Positions 31,955 to 41,183 of a DNA stretch of 64,000 nucleotides are shown one piece after another; position 1 is the first letter of the stretch; every line of letters begins with the position of its first letter. A model generated the notes under the pieces. That model was given only the letters and a program-made list of their open reading frames with translations, made no database searches and was not told the origin of the DNA. The stretch is from an uncultured virus (IMG/VR IMGVR_UViG_3300025446_000005) (taxonomy: Duplodnaviria; Heunggongvirae; Uroviricota; Caudoviricetes): IMG/VR virus record IMGVR_UViG_3300025446_000005, one strand, 5' to 3'. Made by a program: the position numbers and the translations under genes.

Positions 31955-32695
31955 ATGGCAAGCACGCAGCAATCCGAGCTAAAGGCCATCGAGGCCGACG
32001 TAGAAAAGGCCGTCAAGTGGGGCACCTCGCACATCGTCATGCTGGCCATCATCGCTGGCTGCATGGTCCTGGCAGTCTACCTGTACGATTCCAAGCGGGC
32101 GGACCAGGCCGACGCCCGGGCGGCGACCGCCGATGCGGTGGCCAAGCAAAAGGACATCGACAACGCCGCCTTCCAGCAGCAGTCGGCACGGCAGCAGGCG
32201 GCCCGCGACGCCGCCTACCAGCAGTTGCAGCAGCAGGTGGCGGGGCTCCTCCAGGTCATCGCCTCCCGAAACCAGAAGGTGGCGACGCAGGTCGCCGAGG
32301 CCCCCAAGCTCCAGCCCCCCGAGCTGGCAAAGCAATGGGCGGGCGCGGCCGCCGAGCCTGTCCCGAACATCGACGCTGGCGGCAACTTCGTCGTCCCCCT
32401 CCCCCTGGCCACCAAGAGCTACGTCGCCCTGATCCAGGTGCCGGTGCTGGCCGCCGACGTCGCCGACCAGAAGGCCGCGATGGAAAAACAGGCACAGGAA
32501 ATAGACAACAGGCAGGCGGCCCTGGCATCGGAGAAGGTGGCGCACCAGCGCGACGTCGACGCCTGCAAGGCCGACAAGCTCGCCCTAAACGCCGACTTGT
32601 TAAAGGTCAAAGCGGACGCCAAGAAGTCGAAGTTTCACTGGTTCATCTCGGGCGCGGGAACGGCGGCGCTGCTCATCTTCGGATTCGTGAAATGA
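31955..32695 (+). CDS. membrane-anchored coiled-coil protein, possibly spanin-like
   Basis: N-terminal TM, long Ala/Gln-rich helical region, C-terminal hydrophobic segment. Confidence 0.5.
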   Translation: MASTQQSELKAIEADVEKAVKWGTSHIVMLAIIAGCMVLAVYLYDSKRADQADARAATADAVAKQKDIDNAAFQQQSARQQAARDAAYQQLQQQVAGLLQVIASRNQKVATQVAEAPKLQPPELAKQWAGAAAEPVPNIDAGGNFVVPLPLATKSYVALIQVPVLAADVADQKAAMEKQAQEIDNRQAALASEKVAHQRDVDACKADKLALNADLLKVKADAKKSKFHWFISGAGTAALLIFGFVK

Positions 32696-33729
32696 CGGGC
32701 CTTCGCCGTGGCATCCGGCTTCCCGCCTAGCGGGATGGAAAGATTCGGGTCTATGCCCGCTATCCGGGCGGCGGAAATCCTGTATGCCTCCCCGTGCAGC
32801 CTCGCCAGGTCCCGGTAGGTGGCGGCCCCGGGGCTTTCCTTCCTGGCCCAGTGCTCCATGACGCCGTCCTTGATTATCGTGTAGACGATGAAAAGGCTCT
32901 TGGGCGGGATGACCTCCTTTGCCTTTATGGCCCCCACCACCTTGGAGGCTATCTCCATGGGAAGGTGGATTCCGTCCACGAGGATGAGCTTCTTCACCAG
33001 GGCGGTCACGGTGCGCTGCCTGGCGCGCTTCGGGGGACAGCGCCTCGGCTCGCGTTTGGGGATCGGCACCGGGGCATTGCCCAATGAGGCATGGTCCCCC
33101 AGGATTCCCACTGCCTCCTCGCCAAGCTCCGTGAGGCTCAGGACGAGGGGGCAATAATAGTAGGTCCTGAGCTCCTGGGGAACGTGAGAAAGGTTGAGGA
33201 GGTTGCAGACGGGAGTCTCCAGCATGATGCTCTTGGTCATCAGGGCTATGCGGACCACCGCCCTTCCGTTCCCCATCGCCGTCACCGTCCCGCAGAAGTC
33301 CCTCGTCTCCCCCCCGAGGACGCGGACGAACGTCCCCACGGTCACGCCGGAAGAGTGCTCCCTGAACCGCTTCTCGGCGGCCCTTACCAGGCCCTGCACG
33401 TAGGAGTCCGGCACCGGGATGACGTTGGACGGACGGTTCGAGTCCCCTTCCGTCACCAGCGACACGACCCCCGTGATGGTCTTGAGCCTGAGGAGGCCGG
33501 AAAAGTTGGCGCTGCGCACGAAAAGGTACGTGTCCGCCCCCAGGTCGAACGTGTCCAGGTCCCGCTTGCCGACCGGCACGAACAGCTCCACCGCCTCGCC
33601 CCGGAATATGGAGGGGATAGCCTTCCCAATCCTCCGCAGGGTGGGCTCGATGGTCTTTTCCGAACGCACCTCCAGCATGCACCAGTCCTTGCCTTTGAGC
33701 TTGGAGCAGTCCCCGTAAGTCAAGATCAT
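32635..33729 (-). CDS. NusG-family transcription factor (NGN + KOW) with a C-terminal extension
   Basis: WCMLEVRS, ELFVP, YLFVR, TGVVSLV, VPDSYV (NGN) and VGTFVRVLGGETRDFCGTV...AVVRIALM (KOW). Confidence 0.75.
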   Translation of the reverse strand: MILTYGDCSKLKGKDWCMLEVRSEKTIEPTLRRIGKAIPSIFRGEAVELFVPVGKRDLDTFDLGADTYLFVRSANFSGLLRLKTITGVVSLVTEGDSNRPSNVIPVPDSYVQGLVRAAEKRFREHSSGVTVGTFVRVLGGETRDFCGTVTAMGNGRAVVRIALMTKSIMLETPVCNLLNLSHVPQELRTYYYCPLVLSLTELGEEAVGILGDHASLGNAPVPIPKREPRRCPPKRARQRTVTALVKKLILVDGIHLPMEIASKVVGAIKAKEVIPPKSLFIVYTIIKDGVMEHWARKESPGAATYRDLARLHGEAYRISAARIAGIDPNLSIPLGGKPDATAKARHFTNPKMSSAAVPAPEMNQ

Positions 33730-33750
33730 CCATACCCCCTATCTACTTTG

Positions 33751-34860
33751 CTATATTACCTCCCCCATGAGGACTGCCTTGCTGGAAGCATCGCCGAAGG
33801 CGTTCCCGGAAGTCTTCGCGGACAGGGGGGGCCTACGCACCCTCGCGATGCCGACGAGCTCGTAGACGAGGAGCGGAAGCGCGTCGGAAGGAAGCGACTG
33901 GGCCCCCAGCCACCTGAGGAACGTGGCGTCCGTCTCCCGGATGTTGGGAAGCCCCGAGAACACGACGGAAAGCTCGGATCCCGCCTCGGCCCATGGAGAG
34001 CGGGAGTAGACGGAAAGGAGCCTCTCCACCACCTTGAGGGGCGGGGCCGCGCACCCGGCCTCGTCCGCCAGCCTGGCGGCGGCCTGCTGGTCGCCGGAGG
34101 CGATGGCGAAGAGCGTCTTGAGGCACAGGGCGTCGAGCGGGTCGTCGAGCACGGCCTCGGCGGCCCTCGCCGTGACCTTCCCGAGGGAAGCCGCCATGCC
34201 CAGCCACCGTACGGCGTCGCGGACTATCCCCCTGGAGTGCCCGGCGATCGCGCGGAGGCCATCGGTCTCGTAGTCCATCCCATTCCTTGCGCAGATGCTG
34301 GCCAGGAGCCCCGTAAGGGTAGCTTCGGGGACCCGGGAGAAGGCGAGCGGAAGGCAGCGGGATTGCACGGTCCTGGGTATGCGGTCCTCGTCGGTGGTGA
34401 CGAACATGAAAACGCTGTCGGTGTCGGGCTCTTCGAGGGGCCCGAGGAACACGTCCCACGCCTCCTTGGAAAGCCGGTGCGCCTCGTCGACGAGGGCCGC
34501 CCTGCGCCTGCCCAGCGTGGGCGGCTGGACGGCGCGGTCGAGCATGCCCCTGGCATCCTGCACCCCCGGCTTCTCGGCGGCGTCCGTCTCGTCAAAGTCC
34601 GGGTCGTGCTTTATGCCGTCCTTGTCTATGGACTGGCAGGACAAGCATTTCCCGCACCCCAGGGGATCGTCGCCCGAGCACATGAGGGCGCGGGCCAGCA
34701 GGTAGGCCACGCTCGTCTTCCCGACGCCCCATGGTCCCTTGAGGACGAAGCCCCTCGGCAGGAACTTGCCGACCGTCAGTAGGCTCTTGAGGAGGGAGAT
34801 GACCCGATCCTGGCCGACAATCTCGCTCCAAGTCCCGGGCCTTTGGGCTATCAAGTTCAT
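33751..34860 (-). CDS. dnaX: clamp-loader ATPase, DNA polymerase III gamma/tau-like
   Basis: RPGTWSEIVGQ, GPWGVGKTS (Walker A), C..CGKCLSC Zn module, DEAHRLS (Walker B), LEEP, TVQSRC (SRC motif). Confidence 0.88.
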   Translation of the reverse strand: MNLIAQRPGTWSEIVGQDRVISLLKSLLTVGKFLPRGFVLKGPWGVGKTSVAYLLARALMCSGDDPLGCGKCLSCQSIDKDGIKHDPDFDETDAAEKPGVQDARGMLDRAVQPPTLGRRRAALVDEAHRLSKEAWDVFLGPLEEPDTDSVFMFVTTDEDRIPRTVQSRCLPLAFSRVPEATLTGLLASICARNGMDYETDGLRAIAGHSRGIVRDAVRWLGMAASLGKVTARAAEAVLDDPLDALCLKTLFAIASGDQQAAARLADEAGCAAPPLKVVERLLSVYSRSPWAEAGSELSVVFSGLPNIRETDATFLRWLGAQSLPSDALPLLVYELVGIARVRRPPLSAKTSGNAFGDASSKAVLMGEVI

Positions 34861-34868
34861 GCCGCTTC

Positions 34869-35318
34869 CTATGCCTGGGCGGGCTGATCGTCGGTCGTCT
34901 GTGCCCGCCTCTGGAGGACCATGGACAGCTTGAGGAACCCGTCCTTCGCCACCTCGCTCATCTCCTCCTGGTAGTCCCCGAGGTCCCTGACGTTGGCCCA
35001 GAAGGAGCCCTTGAGGGCCTTGCTATTGGGCGGCTTCCGGGCGAAGACGAACACCACCACCCTGTGCTCCTCCCGGTCGGGCACGATGGACTCGCAGACG
35101 AACAGGGCATGCTGCGGTTCGACGGCGACTCCGGCCCATTCCACCGTTATCCTCTTGGCGGCGTCCGACATGGACTCGAAGGGGAACAGCGGCCCGATGG
35201 GGATGGTGAGCTTGCCCTCGTCGAATCCCTCCTTGGCCTTCCCAAGAAGGACGTCTCCCTCTTCTCCCAGGATTATCACGGCAACCTCGGCCTGGGGCAA
35301 TCCGTATGCTTTTGCCAT
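34869..35318 (-). CDS. Nudix-fold protein with a degenerate Nudix box
   Basis: VAVIIL..GDVLLGK...LTIPIGPLFPFESMSDAAKRITVEWAG resembles Gx5Ex7REUxEExG but with substitutions. Confidence 0.5.
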   Translation of the reverse strand: MAKAYGLPQAEVAVIILGEEGDVLLGKAKEGFDEGKLTIPIGPLFPFESMSDAAKRITVEWAGVAVEPQHALFVCESIVPDREEHRVVVFVFARKPPNSKALKGSFWANVRDLGDYQEEMSEVAKDGFLKLSMVLQRRAQTTDDQPAQA

Positions 35319-35321
35319 GTT

Positions 35322-35630
35322 TCACCCGTCCTTCTTGACGTTGTCATCGTCATCGTACGATACGACGTGGTTGCGTATTTCCGGGGGAACGACAAACACC
35401 CGGCTCGGCTGGAGCGGCTTGTTGAACGTGTTGATCTGCACGTACACGTCCCCATGGAACAACGCGACGAGCCGCTCCCTCAAGCTCATGTGCCAGCGTG
35501 CCGTCACGACCCCGTTGGCCTCCTTGACGACCGGGAGCGGGAGGTACTGGGGCTGGTCCTTGGCGTAGACCACCTCGGGCGGGCAGAGCCCTGGGATAGA
35601 CCGTAAAAATACCGGGGATTCGGGCTTCAT
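35322..35630 (-). CDS. hypothetical protein
   Basis: AAGGAG RBS; YAKDQPQYLPLP motif; tightly packed in the operon. Confidence 0.6.
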   Translation of the reverse strand: MKPESPVFLRSIPGLCPPEVVYAKDQPQYLPLPVVKEANGVVTARWHMSLRERLVALFHGDVYVQINTFNKPLQPSRVFVVPPEIRNHVVSYDDDDNVKKDG

Positions 35631-35803
35631 AGGCTACTCCTTCTCGATCTTGATTTCACTGCTGTCGGCAAGCTGGTTCGCCGCATCGGTCAGCTTCAAG
35701 ACGCTGCAGGTCACGTAGCCGCTGTCCGCCGTCGAGATCAAGTCCTCCAACCTCGACACCGTTTCTTCGCATACCGTCTTAAGGCTTCTCATCGTCGTTC
35801 TCC

Positions 35804-37108
35804 TTAAACCGTCACTTCGTTGATGTCGGCGTCGGACTCGAACGTCGTCAGGCCGTAGCAGCCCCGCCCGCCATCCAGCTCAAGGGTGTGCATGATGCAG
35901 TCCGACACGGAAAGGACGGCATCGTGGAGGTCGTCAAGCCACAATGCCCAGTAATCCCTGATTTCCAGGCCCCCATGGGCCTTCAGGGCGGCCTTGACGT
36001 GGTGCTTGAACTGGGGCAGATCGAGCCCCCGGAGGAGCGCCGCCCCGGCGTCGAAGTTATTCACGTTGGTCCCCACGTCCACGGAGAGCCGGGGCACGTT
36101 GACGATCCTCTCCCCGCCTCCCTTGGTTTTCTTCACGACGGGATCCACGATGGTCAGGGACGCCCCCGCCACCCCCGAGTCCTGCGTCATCCCGAGCAGG
36201 GAGAAGGCCACGGATGGGCTGGCGACGCCCACGGGGTCGCTGGCCTTGTGGATGCATATCTGGGCCGGGCAGCCAAGGGCGGCGACAAGGCCGTTTCCGA
36301 ACGGAGTGAAGGCGAAGAAGGAGGACACGATCTTCTCGACCTCCCTGTCCTCCAGCTTGTCTATCTCCCCGCGATGGAGCTGGGCAAGCTCGTCGGCACG
36401 GGACCTCATGTCGTTGGCATACCTCGTGGACCTGCTGACGTCGTTGAGAAAGTCGGACGGCCACGAGTAGCCCCCGAAGCTCCAGAGCAGGGAGAAGGTC
36501 TTCGCCCCCAGGCCGTCGAGGAGCTTCCTCAGGGCCAGGATGTCGTCCTTGGAGGTAACCTCGGCATATGTCCGGCCATGCTGGAAGTCCAGGAGGACGG
36601 GAAACTGCTTCCTTGCCATCACCGCGGAGGCGTTGACCTGTTGCTCGACCGCCTCCTTCTCCTTCTTGCCCAGGAACCTGAACGGGCGTCCCATGTTCTT
36701 GTATGCCAGGTCCTCCTTCTTGGAGGTGGGGTCCGTCACGTCCTTCGGCCCGTTGAGCACCGCCCAGAACCCATAGCCCTTGTTTCCGAGGGAGAGGGAC
36801 TCCTGGGAAGGGAGCAGGCCCTTAACGGAGCCGAGGTCCAGGGGCACGGTCTCCTGCTTCTCGATGCCGGCCAGGAACGAGGAGAGGCCCGCGATGGCGC
36901 TGGTGTCCCGCAGGTCCTCGTCGAGCCTCGGGCTCCCGAACGGGTTGATTCCCACCGTGGAGATTTCGTGCAGCTTCGTGACGACGGACGCCATGACCTG
37001 CGATGCTTTCAGCGCCTGGAGGTCGACCGCGAGGTTCGTCAGGAAATCGACGAGGGAGTCGGGCTCCAGCCCGAATACCGACCAATTGCCCCTTCCGAAC
37101 ATGCTCAT
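35804..37108 (-). CDS. hypothetical protein, possibly RdgC-like
   Basis: LGKKEKEAVEQQV...FPVLLDFQHGRTYAEVTSKDDILALRKLLDGLG recalls the central region of RdgC, by eye only. Confidence 0.4.
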   Translation of the reverse strand: MSMFGRGNWSVFGLEPDSLVDFLTNLAVDLQALKASQVMASVVTKLHEISTVGINPFGSPRLDEDLRDTSAIAGLSSFLAGIEKQETVPLDLGSVKGLLPSQESLSLGNKGYGFWAVLNGPKDVTDPTSKKEDLAYKNMGRPFRFLGKKEKEAVEQQVNASAVMARKQFPVLLDFQHGRTYAEVTSKDDILALRKLLDGLGAKTFSLLWSFGGYSWPSDFLNDVSRSTRYANDMRSRADELAQLHRGEIDKLEDREVEKIVSSFFAFTPFGNGLVAALGCPAQICIHKASDPVGVASPSVAFSLLGMTQDSGVAGASLTIVDPVVKKTKGGGERIVNVPRLSVDVGTNVNNFDAGAALLRGLDLPQFKHHVKAALKAHGGLEIRDYWALWLDDLHDAVLSVSDCIMHTLELDGGRGCYGLTTFESDADINEVTV

Positions 37109-37299
37109 TTGTTTTCCCCCTTTGTACTTTTCCCCGACTTGGGTGACGATCTTCTCAGCACTACTTCCCTCACTGCGTGCTCAAATATCACAATGCAGCC
37201 CAGGACATCCCCGGGAACTCCGCGCTCGGTAAGCTCCTTGTTGAACTCGCTCCGTATGTCGCTAATGAGCCGGGCGTCGTGGTCGTTGAACTTCTCCAT
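37105..37299 (-). CDS. small hypothetical protein
   Basis: MEKFNDHDARL..., ATGA overlap with the next gene. Confidence 0.5.
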   Translation of the reverse strand: MEKFNDHDARLISDIRSEFNKELTERGVPGDVLGCIVIFEHAVREVVLRRSSPKSGKSTKGENK

Positions 37300-37304
37300 G
37301 CAGC

Positions 37305-38045
37305 CTAATACTCGAACTGCTGCCTTATGCGGGACGACAGTTCCTTTGCCCATTCGAGCTTCTCAAGGGCCATGCTCGGGTCCTTCTGGGGGCATTCGCA
37401 GGGAACGACGAGCATGGACCTTATCTGCCTCTTTTGCTGTTCCATGGACTCCTCCCCCTGCGCCTCGTTGTCGTACATCAAGAAAAGCCGTTTCACCCCA
37501 AGAATACGGAGGTAGGCGATATGGGCCTTCCCCAATCGCTTGGTGAGGGGGGACAGCACCGGGTAGCCGGGGCAGGCGAGCCGGATGGCCAGCAGGTCGA
37601 AAGGCCCCTCCACGCACATGACCGCCTGCCTCTGGATGATGAGGGTGATCGTCTCGGGATCGTTCCCCAGCCAGTTGGGCCCGAGGTATTTGTTCCTGTC
37701 CCCAATGTAGCGGTATTTCATGCCCTCGCCCATGAGGACGCTTCCTTCCAGCGGCTTGGTCTGGGCGCGGATGACGGCCCCGTCAGCGCCCCGCATGGGG
37801 AAGACGAACGCCGGGCCCGGGGGCATGACCTTGGGGACGTAGAAGCACCCGAGCTGGCGGACCACGTCCTCGAACCTGTCCTTGTAGAGGCCTAGGGTGC
37901 CTTCCCATCCCCTTTCCTCCACGATCTTTTGGATGGTGAGGGATTCCTTGGTCTTGCCGGGAAACTTCTCGGCGATGCGGGCGTAGAGGGCATCGGTCTC
38001 GGCGATAAGCCGAGGCACGTCGGCAAGGTACCAGTCGCTAGTCAT
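37305..38045 (-). CDS. DnaG-type primase catalytic/TOPRIM portion lacking the Zn-binding domain
   Basis: FVFPMRGADG, KYRY, VEGPFDLLA, LMYDNEAQG, KDP motifs. Confidence 0.75.
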   Translation of the reverse strand: MTSDWYLADVPRLIAETDALYARIAEKFPGKTKESLTIQKIVEERGWEGTLGLYKDRFEDVVRQLGCFYVPKVMPPGPAFVFPMRGADGAVIRAQTKPLEGSVLMGEGMKYRYIGDRNKYLGPNWLGNDPETITLIIQRQAVMCVEGPFDLLAIRLACPGYPVLSPLTKRLGKAHIAYLRILGVKRLFLMYDNEAQGEESMEQQKRQIRSMLVVPCECPQKDPSMALEKLEWAKELSSRIRQQFEY

Positions 38046-38460
38046 CCATGCCTCCCATGCCTCCCCTTAACGTCTCCAGCAGCGAGTTCGAAAACTCGTC
38101 CAAGAACCTCGTGACGACCGCCAGTTCTTCCGCCCCCATGTCCGCGGACGGCGGGGTCTCCAGCTTCCCCAGCATCCTGGCAATCTCCTGGAGGCGAAGC
38201 TGCACCGGGCCCCCGTCGGCCGAAAGGTCACCGTCCATGTTCATGAGGTAGACGAAAATCCCTATGTCCCCGGCATTCAGCCGGGGGTCGCTCTCGCCAA
38301 TCAGGACGAATCCCGCTCCCCTCGCGGCCCTTTCCATCATCTCCTTGCAGATCGAGAATGCCCCCCGCTGCTCGGAAGGGATGTCCATGGGCCCGTTCCT
38401 GGACAGGGAGTCGGCTGCCCTTGCCGCCGCAAATCCGTACTTGTAGATGTTCGGAAACAT
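38038..38460 (-). CDS. hypothetical protein
   Basis: GGAGGG RBS, packed in the operon. Confidence 0.55.
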   Translation of the reverse strand: MFPNIYKYGFAAARAADSLSRNGPMDIPSEQRGAFSICKEMMERAARGAGFVLIGESDPRLNAGDIGIFVYLMNMDGDLSADGGPVQLRLQEIARMLGKLETPPSADMGAEELAVVTRFLDEFSNSLLETLRGGMGGMDD

Positions 38461-38469
38461 CGTCCCTCC

Positions 38470-38796
38470 TCAGGCTTCTGTCGCCTTTTGCCAGACGATC
38501 TTGAAATAGACCAAGCGCCCGTTGTTCACTACCCGAATCTTGGTGCGGGCCTGGGATTCGTCGTCGGTATAGCATGGCCTCTTGCAGTCGTAGCACCTGA
38601 ACGGCGGCGGACCGTCATCCTCCCCAGGATAGTATCCGCATGGACACTTCCAGAACTCATAATTATAGACGTTTCCAGTGGTGCGGCCCCGCTCGCAGAC
38701 GGTCATCAGTTCCTGCCCGTCCTCGAACAGGTCCGGCCTGAACTCGGTCAACTGGAAGTCCGTCACGGACGGGTCAATCGTCCTTGATCCCCCCAT
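38470..38796 (-). CDS. hypothetical Zn-ribbon protein
   Basis: CPCG...CYDC; GGGAGG RBS. Confidence 0.5.
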   Translation of the reverse strand: MGGSRTIDPSVTDFQLTEFRPDLFEDGQELMTVCERGRTTGNVYNYEFWKCPCGYYPGEDDGPPPFRCYDCKRPCYTDDESQARTKIRVVNNGRLVYFKIVWQKATEA

Positions 38797-39013
38797 GGTC
38801 CCTCCCTTCTACGGCCTCGCCGAACAGCTCCGCCTGGTAGGGCAGTATCTCGTTGTCCAGGCCCCACTCGTGCGACCGCCCGTCGCTGCGCGGGATTATC
38901 TCGTCCAGGGCCCGGCAAAGCCTGCGCAGCTCCTCGGGATTGTGCCTGTATTCCTCCCTGATGATCCCGTTGAGGAACCTGATCCCGTCTTTGGTGAGCC
39001 TGATTCCTCCCAT
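38774..39013 (-). CDS. hypothetical protein
   Basis: GGAGG before MGGIRLTKDG. Confidence 0.5.
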   Translation of the reverse strand: MGGIRLTKDGIRFLNGIIREEYRHNPEELRRLCRALDEIIPRSDGRSHEWGLDNEILPYQAELFGEAVEGRDHGGIKDD

Positions 39014-39110
39014 GTTTCCTCCATGATCCCGCTCGGGAACTTTCCTCGGGATTGCGCCCCCGTTTCCCCCATATGATACCGTTCGGGAACCCGAGCCCGT
39101 CTTGGCAGGT

Positions 39111-39500
39111 TCAGCGCCCCTCGTGCCCTTCTTCCCGGATGATGTGCTCCGGGACGGCCCCCGGCCTGTCGAAGTAGCCGAGGACGAACAGGAACGCCAC
39201 CAAATCCCGGTACTCCTGGAGAAGGACCTGGGGGTCCCTGAGCATCTTGCTGAACTGCTCGGCAAGCTCCTTCTTGGAGTACAGCGGCTCGAACCTGGAG
39301 GCGTCCTTGCAGAACTCGGGATTGCGGGAGCCGCACCCGTGGCAACCCACCACCTTGCGGCCCAGGACATCCGCGAGCCCGCAGTTGTACGGGCACGGAC
39401 GCAGGTTGCGCCTCAGGAACCTGCGGCGATACCTCCTCACGAGCTCCCGGAACCTTGTGAGTATTTCCTCCGCCGACTTGAGCCTTATCGGGACATCCAT
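39111..39500 (-). CDS. Cys-rich hypothetical protein
   Basis: PCPYNC...GCHGC...C. Confidence 0.55.
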   Translation of the reverse strand: MDVPIRLKSAEEILTRFRELVRRYRRRFLRRNLRPCPYNCGLADVLGRKVVGCHGCGSRNPEFCKDASRFEPLYSKKELAEQFSKMLRDPQVLLQEYRDLVAFLFVLGYFDRPGAVPEHIIREEGHEGR

Positions 39501-39518
39501 GCCATCCCCTGATGTTTC

Positions 39519-40262
39519 TCAATCGAGGCGGGAGGGAGCCAGATCGTACAGCTCGGGCTTTCGGGGAACGCCGACAAGGACGGCATCGGGCCTTGTCCGC
39601 TCGTTTTCTGCCTCCTCCTCGCCAATACCGTCGAATGTCTTGGGCCGCAGGGAGGGGGAAGGATCGCCGGGGACTACCTCGTATATCCGGGTGGCGGCCT
39701 CGGCCAGCTTGGTCTGCCCCGTTATGAGGAGAATGGTGAACCCATAGTCGTTGGCCAGGCTGTGGAGCATGGTCGACACCCTGGAGAGGTTCCTCTGCCC
39801 GTTGATGTTGTTGAAGCACTCGTCGAGGCAGATGAACTTGGCCAGCCTGAACCTCTTTATCATGATGATCCTCAAGAGGAACGCCATGACGTTCTGCACC
39901 CCTCCCCCGAACGTCGTCATGGGATCCCCCGTGACGGTGCCGTGGCGGGTCTTGATCCGGTAGCTGTACCCCCGGGCCGATTCCGTCTTCTCGACTATGC
40001 ACCCGAGGGTGGGGTCGGCGAACACCTGCTGCAGCCCGGCAGTCACGATGCTCTCTATCTTCCCGATGCCGTTGGCGCTCACTACCTCGATGCACCGGTC
40101 GATGAGCCCGAGCGCCCTCTGTAGGGACGACTTTTCCTCCTCTATCCTCCTCACCTTGTCCCGAAGGCGGGATATGGACGAGGACTCGTAGTCGAGCTGC
40201 TGCCGGACCCGGGCCGTCGCCGAGCGGAACGCCGAAACGCGCAAGCCTACCTGCGCTTCCAT
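39519..40262 (-). CDS. SbcC/Rad50-like ATPase, C-terminal half (coiled coil, signature, Walker B)
   Basis: FGGGVQNVMAFLLR (signature-like), FICLDECFNNI (Walker B/D-loop), ILLITGQ...ATRIYEV; no Walker A. Confidence 0.75.
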   Translation of the reverse strand: MEAQVGLRVSAFRSATARVRQQLDYESSSISRLRDKVRRIEEEKSSLQRALGLIDRCIEVVSANGIGKIESIVTAGLQQVFADPTLGCIVEKTESARGYSYRIKTRHGTVTGDPMTTFGGGVQNVMAFLLRIIMIKRFRLAKFICLDECFNNINGQRNLSRVSTMLHSLANDYGFTILLITGQTKLAEAATRIYEVVPGDPSPSLRPKTFDGIGEEEAENERTRPDAVLVGVPRKPELYDLAPSRLD

Positions 40263-40672
40263 CGTCTTTCCTTCCTGAGGCGCTCCCTGGCTTTCGCAAG
40301 CCCGCATTTCGTACGATAGAGGGCCTGGTGCATGCGCTCGCCCTTTTCCTTGAGGTCGGCAATCTTGGCGGACAGCTCCTGGTAGCTTGTCCCGTCCACC
40401 GGGATATAGTTGCCCAGGTATACGGAGGCACAGCGGACTGGCCATTGGTCGACGCACCGCAGGTCGGCCTTGATGGTAAAGTCGTGGTACCCGTGGTCGA
40501 GCAGGAGGCACCGCAGGGCCTCCAGGTCGTCCATGTACATGTACAGGTCGAGCTCCACCCACATCCCGTGCCCGCACGAGCACGTGGTGTTCCACCCGTT
40601 GTCGCGAAGGAGCCTTACCAGCGACCGGATGGGAGCCTCGATGTTGGCATAGAAGCTATTCGGCCTTGGCAC
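40247..40672 (-). CDS. hypothetical protein with a TTCSCGH motif
   Basis: IEAPIRSLVRLLRDNGWNTTCSCGH followed by a C-terminal coiled coil. Confidence 0.55.
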   Translation of the reverse strand: MPRPNSFYANIEAPIRSLVRLLRDNGWNTTCSCGHGMWVELDLYMYMDDLEALRCLLLDHGYHDFTIKADLRCVDQWPVRCASVYLGNYIPVDGTSYQELSAKIADLKEKGERMHQALYRTKCGLAKARERLRKERRWKRR

Positions 40673-40928
40673 TGGGCTTTTCCACCGCCAGCTCCGATGC
40701 TGGGACTCTCCGCAACGGCCCCCCGCTGATGGTGCCGGTGGCGAGCGACTCGACCTTGACCTCGACGTTGTGGTACGTCAGCACGTCGAACGATCCCGAC
40801 ACGTTGCCGGACGGGTAGGCGCTGAACACCACCTCCCCCTGCTCCGACAGCTTGTTGAGTTCGGCCGCGAGCGAGCGGCTCTCGTAGGTCCTGAACGACC
40901 AGACTTTCTTGGTTCTCGTCTTTGCCAT
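40656..40928 (-). CDS. hypothetical protein
   Basis: AGGAAGG RBS, 90 aa. Confidence 0.55.
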   Translation of the reverse strand: MAKTRTKKVWSFRTYESRSLAAELNKLSEQGEVVFSAYPSGNVSGSFDVLTYHNVEVKVESLATGTISGGPLRRVPASELAVEKPSAKAE

Positions 40929-40982
40929 TGGATCCTTCCTTTCGTGGTTCTAATACCAGCTTGCGGGCCATTCCGACTACTG

Positions 40983-41183
40983 CTAGTCCGTCGCGGGCCT
41001 CGGCTCGGACTCTAGCCCGGTCAATTTCATGGCATCCACCACCCCGGCTATCAAGTTCCCGAAGCCTGCCAAGGCCGCCTTTTCGTCGGTACCGTCCTTC
41101 CAGTGCACGCATCCGAACAAGGATTCGTGGTACACGAGGCTTCCGTCGTCCTCGTTGAGGTTTATGGCTATATCGAGCTTCAT
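40983..41183 (-). CDS. small hypothetical protein
   Basis: MKLDIAINLNEDDG..., ATGA overlap with the upstream gene. Confidence 0.5.
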   Translation of the reverse strand: MKLDIAINLNEDDGSLVYHESLFGCVHWKDGTDEKAALAGFGNLIAGVVDAMKLTGLESEPRPATD

